Shown in pieces: positions 1 through 11,732 of a DNA stretch of 64,000 bases; within the stretch, counting starts at the first letter, position 1; every line of letters starts with the position of its first letter. Both the position numbers and the translations under genes were made by a program. The notes under the pieces are model-generated. The model was given only the letters and a program-made list of their open reading frames with translations, did no database searches and was not told where the DNA came from. The stretch comes from Eledone cirrhosa. Taxonomy: Eukaryota. The stretch lies in contig OZ024745.1 in NCBI GenBank assembly GCA_964016885.1, positions 32,302,001 to 32,366,000 on the forward strand, given 5' to 3'.

Positions 1-449
1 ACATACAAACACTTCTTCACGTGACTTTCCTGCTCTAAAGCGATTAAATATTGATAATTATTTTCAACGGAAAGGAATAATAAACGATTCATTAAAACTG
101 ATGAAAGAGAACAAATAAATTTGTTAAATAAATTTATTCAATAAGTCATCAGTAATTTGTACCCTTTGTCACTCTTTCCTATTTATATTTAATTAATACT
201 GCTTCAAGCAAGCTACAAGATTTTATAAGATAATTTCATTATTTAACTTTTCCATTATCTGGTTGAAATGATTAACATCCCTTAGTTAACATGTCTTCTT
301 CAAATTCAAACTTAAAATCCTTGCTGTCACCTTACAAAATCCTAGCATGAGTCTTGGGGGAATTAACAGATGTTATTGTCAGGAATATGGTACAATAAAA
401 TTCAAAGACCCACTCAAAGCTGCATTGCTAGTAGTAATAATTATTTCTT

Positions 450-800
450 TCTAACATAAGCACAAGACCAGCAATTTGGAGGAATTGATTGTATTGATCA
501 TAGTACTTAATTAGTAATTTATTTCATCAACCCCAGAAGGATTAAAGGCAAAGATGACCCTGGTGGAATTTTAACTCAGAATTTAGAAATCTATAACTAA
601 ATGCTACAAAACATTTTTTCCCCAATCTGTTTCAATACTGCTAAGCCACTGCTCTTATGATTTCTAATTCAAGCCCAAAGCCAACAATTTGAGGGGAGGG
701 AAAAGTTGATTAGATCCAGCCAATATTCAACTTGTATATTATTTTATTGACCTCGGAAGGATGAAAAGCAAAATTGACCTGTGTGGAATTTGAATTCAGA
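450..800 (-). mobile_element. Two decayed copies of the tRNA-derived 'Meta-like core' SINE (family A)
   Basis: Both match the reverse complement of the 34434-34620 copy (ttattttatYgaccc..aaggatgaaaggcaaagttgacc..gg..ggaatttgaactcag). Confidence 0.75.
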
Positions 801-1007
801 ATATAAAGAACCAGAACAAATATGAAAACATATTTTGTCTGCCACTAATGATTTTGCTAACCCACTGCTCTTTTTTTGCTAATTTTTTTATGCATGGAAT
901 CATTGTTGCAGACATTGACACACCAAAGAATTCAAGATATATTATTCCTTCTTTAATAGTTTTAGTAGAGGAGTATATAAAGGTGTACACGACATGTTTA
1001 TGTATAA

Positions 1008-1212
1008 TAAACATATATAAATCTTGCTATGAATTTGTTAAGCTGTGATCATGTCACAGCTGTCTCAGTAACCATGTAAAGACATCAGGCACTAGTGTTT
1101 TAGGATTTTTTATGACTCGTTATATTAGTGCTACTTCCATCACACAGCTACTGAGATAGCTGTGATCATGATCACAGTTTAAAATATTTATAACAAGACT
1201 TATATATGTTTA
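1008..1212. mobile_element. MITE/fold-back element with about 60-bp imperfect terminal inverted repeats
   Basis: taaacatatataaatcttgctat...gctgtgatcatgtcacagctgtctcagta is mirrored by tactgagatagctgtgatcatgatcacag...ataacaagacttatatatgttta. Confidence 0.65.
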
Positions 1213-1269
1213 GAAAAACTGATAGTGCATCAAATAAAATGCATTGCAATATTTTGTTATAGATCTTTA

Positions 1270-1420
1270 CATTCTTAGTTCAAATTACACTGATGTAAAC
1301 TTTACCCTGCATCCTTCTGAAGTCAATAAAATAAAGTATCTGCCAAGTACTGGGTTGATATAATTGACTTTTCCCCCCACCAAAAATGATGGCCTTGTGC
1401 CTATGTTAGAAACCATTATG
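1270..1420 (+). mobile_element. Decayed SINE family A
   Basis: gttcaaat...ctttaccctgcatccttctgaagtcaataaaataaagta...ggccttgtgcctatgttagaaacc. Confidence 0.65.
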
Positions 1421-2139
1421 TATAAACATATAATATATGCCTTCATATACAACTCTTCTATGAATCACTCTGTGTTAGAGCTACCACCATCACATTGCTA
1501 CTGTGGAAACTGTGGTATGATCACTGTTTGAAACAGCCATAGTGAAACTTATATATCATCATCGTCATCGATTTAACATCCGATTTTCCTGCTAGTAAGG
1601 ATTGAACTAGTCTACATAGATCATGTCAGAACTGAAGCAGGGCTACTGATCTCCCAGGCAAGCCAAGGATTTGTCATCTCACTTATGTACAGTCTCACAT
1701 TATATATGTTTATTTTATAGTTATATATGTTTATTATATATAAATATATCATATCTGCCATCATATTCACATCTTCTCTGAATTACACTATGTCAGTGTT
1801 ACTGCTAATCCATCTAATAGTTTTATCCACTTGATTTCATAATGATGTACAGATCTATAATTTATAAGTGATTTATTATTTGTTCACAGCTACCTAGTGG
1901 TGCGACTATGAGATATTTGAACTATGCCATGCTATATAAAATCTTCACAGGAAGAAGTCAATGGATTTTAGAACAATCCAACATGGCTGCTAGTCTTCTT
2001 ATTTACTCTTAAACTTTCTTGTATGAAATTTAAAATATTTGTGTATGTATATGATATGATAGATTTGCTGCAATAACTATATACTGTTAAACTATCTACG
2101 TATCTACCTACTTAACTATTTGTCTAGCTATATATATGT

Positions 2140-2380
2140 ATCATCATCACCATTTTACGTCCATTCTTCCACGCTAGCATGGCTTAGACGAGTTGTCCTG
2201 TTGTGAGCAGTAGCTGGTCGGCTGACCATATCTTGCCCATACGGGAACTAATTCTGGCTTGATTTCTACAGCTGGATGCCCTTCCTAACACCAACCTCAT
2301 TTACAGTGAGTGGTGGGTGCTTTTTTTTCCGCACCGCCTACACATCCAATTTACAGTGTGGGCTGGGTGCTTTTTTGCCG
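2140..2380 (-). mobile_element. SINE family C fragment (GGAAGGGCATCCAGCTGTAGAAA domain, RTE-like (TGA)n tail)
   Basis: catcatc..ttttacgtccatt..cgctagcatgg plus tttctacagctggatgcccttcctaacaccaacc. Related pieces occur near 1555, 4940-5340, 20050-20410, 33605-33990, 51225, 56470-56655 and 59000-59230. Confidence 0.75.
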
Positions 2381-2384
2381 TGTA

Positions 2385-2418
<34 letters not shown>

Positions 2419-2427
<9 letters not shown>

Positions 2428-2600
2428 AAGAGTTGAGGCTCAATGGCTGAGCTCTTGCCATTTTAACAGCTAGTTTCAGACTAGCTGTTGAAATGGCAAG
2501 AGCTCAGCCGTCAGGCCCGAACTCTTTTGAATATAGCCATACTCTACTATCCCAAGTATCGAGTAATGGTCTAACTAGTTTAAAACTAGTTCTATCCTGA
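2419..2600. mobile_element. Fold-back cassette (about 55-bp arms) next to (TA)n, PLE pseudo-LTR-like
   Basis: Arms 2421-2474 and 2480-2533 pair around a ttcag loop. Only the GAAAC-TAGCT-GTT half of a hammerhead motif remains, on the minus strand. Confidence 0.6.
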
Positions 2601-3579
2601 TATGTATGTGTGTGTGTATGGGGGGGGGGGGAGTCAGATAGTCAACAAGAGTAAAAAGCACTCTATATATAAAAAAAAAATCTGAGCTAATTCCTTATGA
2701 ATAGTGCATTCAAATTCTATAATGCTACCTTATTCATGGTCATGAAATTCTTAGCAGTTTGAAGTGATCATAAGAAATTTCTATAAAATGGAATGGTTTT
2801 AATTTGTCATTCCTGCTCAGTACCTCCATTTTATATTTTAGATATGCCAGGTTCAGTAGAACATATTCTTGATAAATCAAAAAGAAGAACATTAAAGAAA
2901 TGGAAATCTTATAGTAAAACGTAGTTTGTTGGTTTGTTCTAAATAGGATTAAAATATTTAAATTTGTTATCATTTCTACATTCATTTTTCTGTGAAAGTA
3001 TGTGTTAGTTGAAGAAATTGGATTAAGAATTGCTAAAAATAAAGTTCTCTCTTTTCTGTATCATCATATCTTCTTTCAAAGAAATTATCTGCATTATAGA
3101 ATTATTTGTTTTTGTTGCTTAATAATGAGTTCAAACTGACAGAAACTTCAGGAAAGTCTCAAGACAAATATTATCGACAAAAGAATAATGGCCTGAAGAA
3201 GTATTTCATTACAAAAAAAATTTCACCACATTTTTATTATTGTTGTTTTATATCACCCTTGGAGGAACCTATAACCAAACTTGTTCCAAATATGACCTTT
3301 GCCTCTATATTCACACTCAGTCTATATAGAAGAACTATATTATCTTTTATGTTCTTTTCTTATTTAACTCTTAACATCTTATAATGATTTGAAAAAAAAT
3401 ATATATCTGAAAACGGGTTTGTTAATCCAAATGTTTATAGTATCTTTACTTATGGACAGACTAGTGTGAAAGTTTGCAGTTTTAGAGTCAAGGCTTCAAT
3501 TTTTAATGAGATGCAGTCATAGTGCTGTTTTGTATTTTTTGGAAATGCAGTTTAATACAGTATAGGATGGCTACAATCT

Positions 3580-3760
3580 AATAATTGTCTCTACTTTTGA
3601 CACAAAGGCAGCAACTATCCCAGCACATTACTGGTACTTTATTTTATCGACCCCCCATAAGGATGAAATGCAAAGTTAACCTTGGCGGGATTTGAACTCA
3701 GACCATAAAGGGCCATAACTCTTTCGTGCTAAGCATGGCGTCCGACCCTCTACTGATACT
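3580..3760 (-). mobile_element. SINE family A, near full length
   Basis: Reverse complement of 34434-34620. Confidence 0.85.
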
Positions 3761-4512
3761 GTAGAGTGTCAATGACTGTTTCTGACAGGCTGAGAGTGCT
3801 TTAGGTATAGTTTTGAAGAGTATGATCAGCTTCATTTTATGTTAAGTGTGATATACATGTGGTAGGTCAGATTGATTTTGTTTACATTTATGTTAGGTCA
3901 ATCAACAGTCATGGTTATGTATATGTACATATATATATATATATGTTTATATATGGCCGATCTAGTTTGATCCATCCTACATATACACGTATATCTACAT
4001 GCTCATGTGCTTACATACATACATACACACACGTTCTCACATAAGCCCACACTAACATATGTCATTGCTTTTACACATACATATGCATTTATTTACTCAC
4101 ACACATATTTACACATATACATACATCCATGCACACACATACACACACACCTGTCATATACATCCTTATACATGCTCTTGCATATGCACTCTAACTGATA
4201 AACAATAACAACACATGCTTATTTTGCACATGCACAAACAAAACCTAACACAAACAATTATTTAAAAAAAAGGTAAATGGCCACTGGGGAAAAAAATCTT
4301 AGTATTTTTTCTCCAAAGCTCTCCTTATGGGCCTTCCCCTCCACCTTCATAATGAATGGTTAATCCGATAGATTTTTTTAATATTAAATTGCTAAGGTAA
4401 CTTCCAGTCATTTGTCCTGCTATATTGCTTTCTCACTCAATTTCCTTCTGATTGTTACCTTGATAATCTAACCCACTTGCATTGCACAGCTTTCTAAACA
4501 AACAAACAGACT

Positions 4513-4550
<38 letters not shown>

Positions 4551-5719
4551 CTACATTGCATGTGTGTTGTGTGTGTGAACTGAAGTAATGTTACCTAAGA
4601 ATATCAAGAATGACTCAATAGAGACAATAATTTTATTGATTATCTTTACCAACATCAACAACTAAAAATACAAAACTAATAATAAAATTACACTACCGAA
4701 AATAAATGACAAAAATATTTAAGAAAAGAAATGGATGTTCCAAAACAGGAGTATTCTTTAATCTTGTGGATCAATGATACTGCCCATAGGCTATGACTGT
4801 TTAAGTTTGGCTCTGAAAGAGATAAAACAAATTCCATTACTCTTTCTTTTCTTTAGGTATAATCTATCTACCACAGTACATTCTATTACAAAGATAGAAT
4901 TTAATGTGTGAGTGTATATATATATATATATATATATATCATTATTATCATCATCATTGTCGTTTTAACATCAGCTTTCTCTTCTAGCAAGATTTGGACA
5001 GGTCTATATAGACCAAGTCTGTACTGAATGGGAGCCACTGATCTCCCAAGCAAGGCAGGGATCTCTGTCTTACTTCTGTACAATCTCACATTCCATCATG
5101 CCTTTGACATGACTGAAGGGTCCTCCCGACCCTTTGTCTGGCTGGTTTTCTATGGCCAGAAGCCCTTCCTATTACCAACCACTTTACAGCATGTACTGGG
5201 TATTTTTATAATGTAAATCGCCAACACTAGGGAGATTATCATGCCCCTGTCATGACTGAAGGGTCTTCCCAACACATTGCTTGGCTGCTTGGCAAGCTCT
5301 CCATCGCTGGAAGCCCTTCCTATCACTAACCACTACACGGTAGGGGGAGGGGGTTGTCAGTAATGCGTATGAAGGGGGGGGGGTAATGAGTTGAGAATAA
5401 CTGTTAGGGAGTACTAGTGGAAGGAGAAGAAGAGGTCAGGTCATGTTGTAAACTTGGTCGGGTCTTTTACAGCCACGTGGTTTCAGGGTTGATCCCACTG
5501 GGTAATACTATCATCTATCATAGCCTCCAGTTTACTAAGGCCTTATCAGTGAAATTTCAGACAAAAACAAACACAAAAGAACACATTCAGTAATGTACTC
5601 CAAGATATATGTTGTCAAGGGAAAAAAATGGAAAAGCTTTTAATCAAAAGTCTGCTGGATCAAGACTGAACTGTGAATAAAAAGACAACAACAACAGATA
5701 CACGTCCACAAATATATAG

Positions 5720-5764
5720 ACATGCGCATACATACATATATATATACATTCATACACAGATACT

Positions 5765-5796
<32 letters not shown>

Positions 5797-6198
5797 TATG
5801 TATATATACACACACACACACATACATACATACATACATACACACATACACACGCATCTATATACACACACATACATATAGACACATACAAACATGCATA
5901 CATGCATATACATACACACATACATGCACACACACATACATACACATATGCACACACATACATACACACACATATAGACATATACACATACATACACATA
6001 TAAGCCTATAAATTGAAGGTGATATTCCCAGACATTGACATATACAAGATAAACACTATATCCTGCTGCCAAGCAATAATGCACAAACATTACATCACTA
6101 TTAACATATGCTAAGATGTTATTTTAAAAATAAATGCCACCCCTACACCACCCCATTTTCTTGTCTTTTTATGGCTGATATATTGCCCCCCACCCCCT

Positions 6199-6258
<60 letters not shown>

Positions 6259-6757
6259 GCTAGCATGGAAGATAGACGTTAAATGATGATGATATATACA
6301 TATATACATAGAGAGATATATATTTACCTATCTATCTATATATACACACACATATATATATATACATACATACATATACATACATATGTATAACTCTCTC
6401 TCTCCCTCGCTTTATATATATGTGTATGTGTGTGTGTGTGTGTGTGTGTGTATATAATGAAAGAATCACTATACCTAATGTCTTTTAAATTCTTTGCCAA
6501 AACAAATAAGAAAAAAATGTAATTGTGTGTGTGCGTGAGAGTGAGTATATATGCGCACGTGTGTATATCTGTAAGTGTGAGTCAGTGTGTGTGTTTATGT
6601 GTGAGTGTGTTTGTGTGTATCTGCATGTGTGAGTCAGTGTGTGTGTATGTGCATGTGTGCGTGCATGTATGTGTGTGTGTGAGCTATATTAAAAGGCAAA
6701 CAAACTAATAGTCTTGCTTCTTGAAACCAAGAATTAGAAGACCTCACAACCAAAGTC

Positions 6758-6798
<41 letters not shown>

Positions 6799-6808
6799 AA
6801 GAGAGAGT

Positions 6809-6890
<82 letters not shown>

Positions 6891-7000
6891 AAGAGAGAGA
6901 GTCAGTGTGTGTGTGTGTGTGAGTCAGTGTGTGTATGTGAGTGTGTATGAGTATGTGTATATGTGATTCTGTGTGTGTGTGTGTGTGTGTGTGTGTTTGT
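5720..7000. repeat. Mixed (TA)n/(CA)n/(TACA)n/(GT)n microsatellites
   Basis: Directly visible. Confidence 0.9.
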
Positions 7001-7445
7001 TTGTTTCTATTATATTGCTTGTTTGTTTATTATGAATAAATTCTTTACATGAAAACACTAAGAAAATATGCAAAAGAAAATGTGAACTGTATAGTTATGT
7101 AGTGAGGAAGAAGGAAATCTGAAGTCCTCCCTTCCTCTCTTCCTCTTTAAGCCAGTTATCTGTTTTTCACTAGTGTTCAGCTGTCATCTCTCTATCTCTC
7201 TCTCTCTCTCTCTCATGAGAGAAATTAGGTTCTCCCACCAGAGAGAAATTAGGTTCAGGACAGTTAACTTCTCAAAGAAGATGGCTGCAGCAGTGGGGAG
7301 AAGGGGAGTGGGAGGGTGTTTAGCGTTTGGGAATTTCTTCAGTAATCTCAGGTACTCTTTACTGAAACAATACATCTACCACTTCTCTTCCCAGCACAAT
7401 GCCTGATACAGACATTTATAATATCTAGTGAAGTATTTCAAAACA

Positions 7446-7760
7446 AAGGTACATGGCTTAGGGGGTAGAGTGTTGGGCTTGCAATAACGAGATTGTGAGT
7501 TCGATTCTTGGACAGGGTGATGATACATTGTGTCCTTGAGCAAGACACTTTATTTCACGTTGCTCCCATTTATTCAGCTGTAGAAATGTGTTGTGACGTC
7601 CCTGGTGCCAGGCTGTATCAGCCATTGCTCTTCCCGGGGAGAAGAGAAACTGGTATGCTGGTCTTCCACAAACAACCTTGCCCGGACTTGTGCCTGAGAG
7701 GGGAACTTTCCAGGTGTAAATACAATGGTCGTTTATGACCGAAGGGAGTCTTTACCGTTT
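7446..7760 (+). mobile_element. tRNA-derived CORE-type SINE (family B)
   Basis: Box A-like tggcttagggggtagag, box B-like gagttcgattc, CORE-like tgtccttgagcaagacactttatttcac. Confidence 0.75.
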
Positions 7761-9592
7761 ATTTTGAAAATAACACACCGACAGTGTAAGGAACTGGTTT
7801 CAATCATAGGACTGTGACCATGCTAAAAATACCTTTAAGGCCACATGTAATCTGCCAGGTAGACATTTTATCAAATTCTATTTGTTGAATGGCTATGTTA
7901 CTTCTCTTTATAGACTTATACGCCAAAAGCTTTTTATATCAATTTTCATGGGTTTACATGAATACGGATATATACACACACACACATATACATACAATAC
8001 CTCCATAGACACATACACACACATATATACATATATACATACAACACTGCCAGACATCACTCACTCCCCTTGAAGCTACCCCTCCCTCCCCTGTCAAGCA
8101 ACAGGTAATCTACCCCCACTCTCATCCCTCCACTCCCTTCCACAACACTTCAAGCCTGACTTATATAAATTCCATGACTGGAATTAGTGTTTGTAAAGAA
8201 AAAAAAGACTAAATATAAAATAATATATGGTTTACCTCATTGTTCAGTAAGTTATCCTGCTGAATAGTATTAGGATCTTCAATTTTGTAGGCAGAAGAAT
8301 GTAAGATTATATAGAGAGTATCAATAACTGTTGCCGTGTTAGGCGTTATCAATAACTACTTTTGTTATGTATAGTTTAGAGAACGAGAAGTCTTCCAAAT
8401 GAATTTTTTTAGAAATAAAATAAGTGTATAGTAACACTTGAAAACAATGGACAAAGTTTAAGTGTATGATAACACTTGAAACCATTGGACAAAATATGAG
8501 TTTATTGTGACACTTGAAAACATTACACATATGACCTCAATAGACTAAATTTTAATCTAATGTCTCTGGCCTTTAGTTTACACCCAAAGTGATAACTTTA
8601 CTTTCTCTCTTTAAGCAAATTATCAAAAGGATAGCTTCTTCATTTTCCATGGCAATTGAACACTTCAAACCCTCTTATGGACTTAAGCTAACTCTCACCT
8701 TAGGTTCTGGACTTTTTAGCCTAATTTTTAATCTACCTTTAATTATAAAGATATCTATATGAATTTCAGGTAAAAAGTGAATTCAACATAAATTTGAAAT
8801 GAACTCTTAGTTCTACCGAGGTCATAATGACCTTTGTAATGTTGATGCAATAATAAAATGCACCCATTACAAAGTAGTTGGTGTTAAGAAGAGCATTTGG
8901 TCATATTGTATATATATATGGAACCTTAACTCCTGATGGAGTAGTAGGGGTGCCATAGTGACATACAGCATGACTTGGGCATCTTCAACCAGGCAATCAA
9001 TTTCTTCCAGCAACAGTTACATCTATAGATCTCTCAGCATAATGTCAGGGTTCTCTTTTTTGTTAAACCACAACATATATATTTATGTATGAGTTCTAGA
9101 TATAAAGATATGTATATGAGTTAAGGTATAAAGATATCTATTGGAATTTAATTCTTTAGTGATGTATTTCTGAAAATTAAGGATTAATTAAGAGGATTTA
9201 CTCAAGATAGTAATCGTCTCATTGTTAACATGATATTTGTATGGTAACCTAACAAAAGGTTATTATAGAAAATTATGCTGAAAGCTTTTAAGTTGGCTAG
9301 GAAACCATGAAATTTTGTAGTTTTATTTCACAGAAACAGAGGCATTCAACCAGATGCAAGCACATTAATTCAACTCAGCATTTCTTGTGTATCTGAATCT
9401 TGAAACTATGACAGCAAATTCTAGTTAGCATGCACACATACTATAAAATATGGTGGAAGAATGATTTATTTAAATTAAAGATCTCAAAATATTCAGTAAA
9501 GATTATCTCTCTCTTTCTTTATATATATATATATATATAACCACCACCATCATCATCATCATCAACAACAACAACATCATATATATATATAT

Positions 9593-9895
9593 ATAGTTAT
9601 GTAATAAACAAGATAAGGCAATTATTTCATTTACCAGTGGTTTCTTAAAAGCAAAAAAATGTTGCTTTCAATCATTAGAATGAAAAAATCCTGGTGTATT
9701 TATTGGCGTTGGACGCCAATAAATACACCAGGATTTTTTCATTCTGATGATTGAAAGCAACATTTTTTTGCTTTTAAGAAACCACTGGTAAATGAAATAA
9801 TTGCCTTATCTTGTTTATTATATAACTATTAAGCTCTGTTACCTACATAGAGCACCCTTTTTTCCTGAACTTTTCCGACGGAATTACTTCATTTA
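9593..9895. mobile_element. Fold-back cassette with 117-bp arms carrying a hammerhead ribozyme, between (TA)n tracts (PLE pseudo-LTR-like)
   Basis: 9593-9709 pairs with 9713-9829 (centre 9711) with only about 2 mismatches. It is followed by a unique 3' tail and then (TA)n. Confidence 0.85.
9737..9797 (+). ncRNA. Minimal type I hammerhead ribozyme
   Basis: tttcatt CTGATGA ttgaaagcaa-cattttt-ttgcttttaa GAAA cca-c-tgg TA^ aatgaaa: 7-bp stem I, 10-bp stem II, near-palindromic stem III, predicted cleavage after GUA at 9790. Confidence 0.88.
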
Positions 9896-9896
9896 T

Positions 9897-9932
<36 letters not shown>

Positions 9933-9992
9933 CATCAACATCATATATATATATCATCATCATAAACAACATCATATATGCATCATCAACAA

Positions 9993-10054
<62 letters not shown>

Positions 10055-10245
10055 TCACCAACACCATATTTACATATATATATATTGGTAGAAATCCATA
10101 GATAAAAGATCAAGGAAAACAGTGCTCAATATGTTGGAAGAGAGCTTATTTAGTGTAAAGAAAGTTTCATACACTTAACATGCACTTTTAGGAGAGATAT
10201 TTACTTTAGGGACAACAACTTCCATTTTTCATAGTTTTGTCCACT

Positions 10246-10329
10246 TGCCTGAATGAAGGGCCAGTTTAAAAGTGCCTCTTCCATTATACAGTGGTAGCCA
10301 TGACTGGACCCCGAAACCATTGGTAGCAC
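10246..10329 (+). ncRNA. Degenerate hammerhead ribozyme (1-nt core insertion)
   Basis: tgc CTGAaTGA agggccagt...actggacccc GAAA cca-t-tgg TA gca. Confidence 0.5.
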
Positions 10330-10408
10330 ATACATGTTAATTGCATGAAACTCTATTTATTTATATATAAATATATATAGTTATGTAATAAACAACATAA
10401 GGCAATTA

Positions 10409-10469
10409 TTTCATTTACCAGTGGTTTCTTAAAAGCAAAAAAATGTTGCTTTCAATCATCAGAATGAAA
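10409..10469 (-). ncRNA. Minimal type I hammerhead ribozyme (second copy of the 9737 family)
   Basis: Reverse complement of 9737-9797 with an intact CTGATGA core, inside the repeated cassette 10377-10577. Confidence 0.85.
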
Positions 10470-10573
10470 AAATCCTGGTTTATTTATTGACGTTGGATTT
10501 TAAAAACAAAAATGCAATCTATTACCTACATAGAGCACTCTTTTTTCCTGAACTTTTCCAACGGAATTACTTC

Positions 10574-10613
<40 letters not shown>

Positions 10614-10776
10614 ATATATTTATGTAATAAATCCATAGATGAAAGATCAAGGAAAACAGTGCTCAATATGTTGGAAGAGAGCTTATTTAGTGTAAAGAAA
10701 GTTTCATACACTTAACATGCACTTTTAGGAGAGATATTTAATTTGGATATAAATATTTTATATCCAAATTAAAGAT

Positions 10777-10847
10777 TTCTATCTGATGAATGATTTCAGA
10801 CGCATTTGTTAGAATTGTCTGTCTTCGTGAAACCTTTGGTAATGGAA
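10777..10847 (+). ncRNA. Minimal type I hammerhead ribozyme
   Basis: ttctat CTGATGA atga..cagac...gtctg..tcgt GAAA cc-ttt-gg TA^ atggaa. A fold-back hairpin (ttaatttggatataaa/tttatatccaaattaa, 10738-10772) lies just upstream. Confidence 0.82.
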
Positions 10848-10913
10848 TAATTATATTGTGTTGTTTATTACATAATTAGATAGCACGGAAATATTTAACA
10901 TATATATATATAA

Positions 10914-10916
<3 letters not shown>

Positions 10917-10944
<28 letters not shown>

Positions 10945-11042
10945 TGTATGTATGTATGTATGTATGTATGTATGTATGTATGTATGTATGTATGTATGTA
11001 TGTATGTATGTATGTATGTATGTATGTATGTATGTATGTATG
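10917..11042. repeat. (TATG)n microsatellite
   Basis: Directly visible. Confidence 0.95.
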
Positions 11043-11375
11043 TAGAGAGAGAGGGGGATACATAGATATACACACACACACACATATATATATATACATA
11101 CACACATATATGTATATATATATATGTGTGTATATATATGTATATATGTGTGTGTATATAGATAGATATCATCATCATCATCATCATCACTATTTTATGT
11201 CTGTGTTCTAAGCTGGAATGGTTTAGACAGGTCATTTAGGTCTTAGATTAGAATGTTCAGAGAACAGGATATTTTATCATGTCTCTGGTGCTGTGTGGAA
11301 TAAGATTTTCATTGAAAGGAATCTGGTATGAAGGGCTTTCTTTTGATAGGATTAAGGATTTAGTGCTCTTCAGAC

Positions 11376-11578
11376 TATGAGGGTCAGCTGAAAGGTTAAT
11401 AGGCTGACTATGAAGTAGTGATGCTAGAACTGTGAAATCTTTGAATGCATTAATTTCATCTCTTCTTATTAATAATTACATTGATTCTTTCCAGGGATTA
11501 TGTTGAAAAATAAACCTCATTTAGTCATTCGATGAGAGTATCTTGGTCAGTCTATGACCATTTTATCCAACGCTTGTA
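11376..11578. mobile_element. Mariner-type MITE (about 200 bp)
   Basis: TA-flanked TIR TGAGGGTYRGCTGAAAaGTTcATAGGCTGAC; same family as 26558, 28682 and 61262. Confidence 0.8.
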
Positions 11579-11732
11579 TAATGTAGTCATTTATCTGGTA
11601 GCTCCAATTCAACAGAAACCAGATATTGAGGGCATTTAATGCTTGATGAAGTTTATATCCTTAGTACCCAGATAGTGGGTGGGTTTTAATTTTATTTAAT
11701 TATGCGATTGTATTTTGTCTGTTTTTTTATTA

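Noticed and set aside
1891-2013. Possible terminal exon after ttgttcacag (LPSGATMRYLNYAMLYKIFTGRSQWILEQSNMAASLLIYS*)
   Set aside because: No recognisable homology and no partner exons; it cannot be supported without transcripts.
7281-7357. Possible first coding exon MAAAVGRRGVGGCLAFGNFFSNLR with a gtactc donor
   Set aside because: Weak donor, no recognisable protein and no further exon found.
10092-10203. Possible minus-strand hammerhead (cctaaaag-tgcat-gttaa-gtgta-tgaaact)
   Set aside because: The core is too degenerate and stem I is unsupported, so it is at most a relic.
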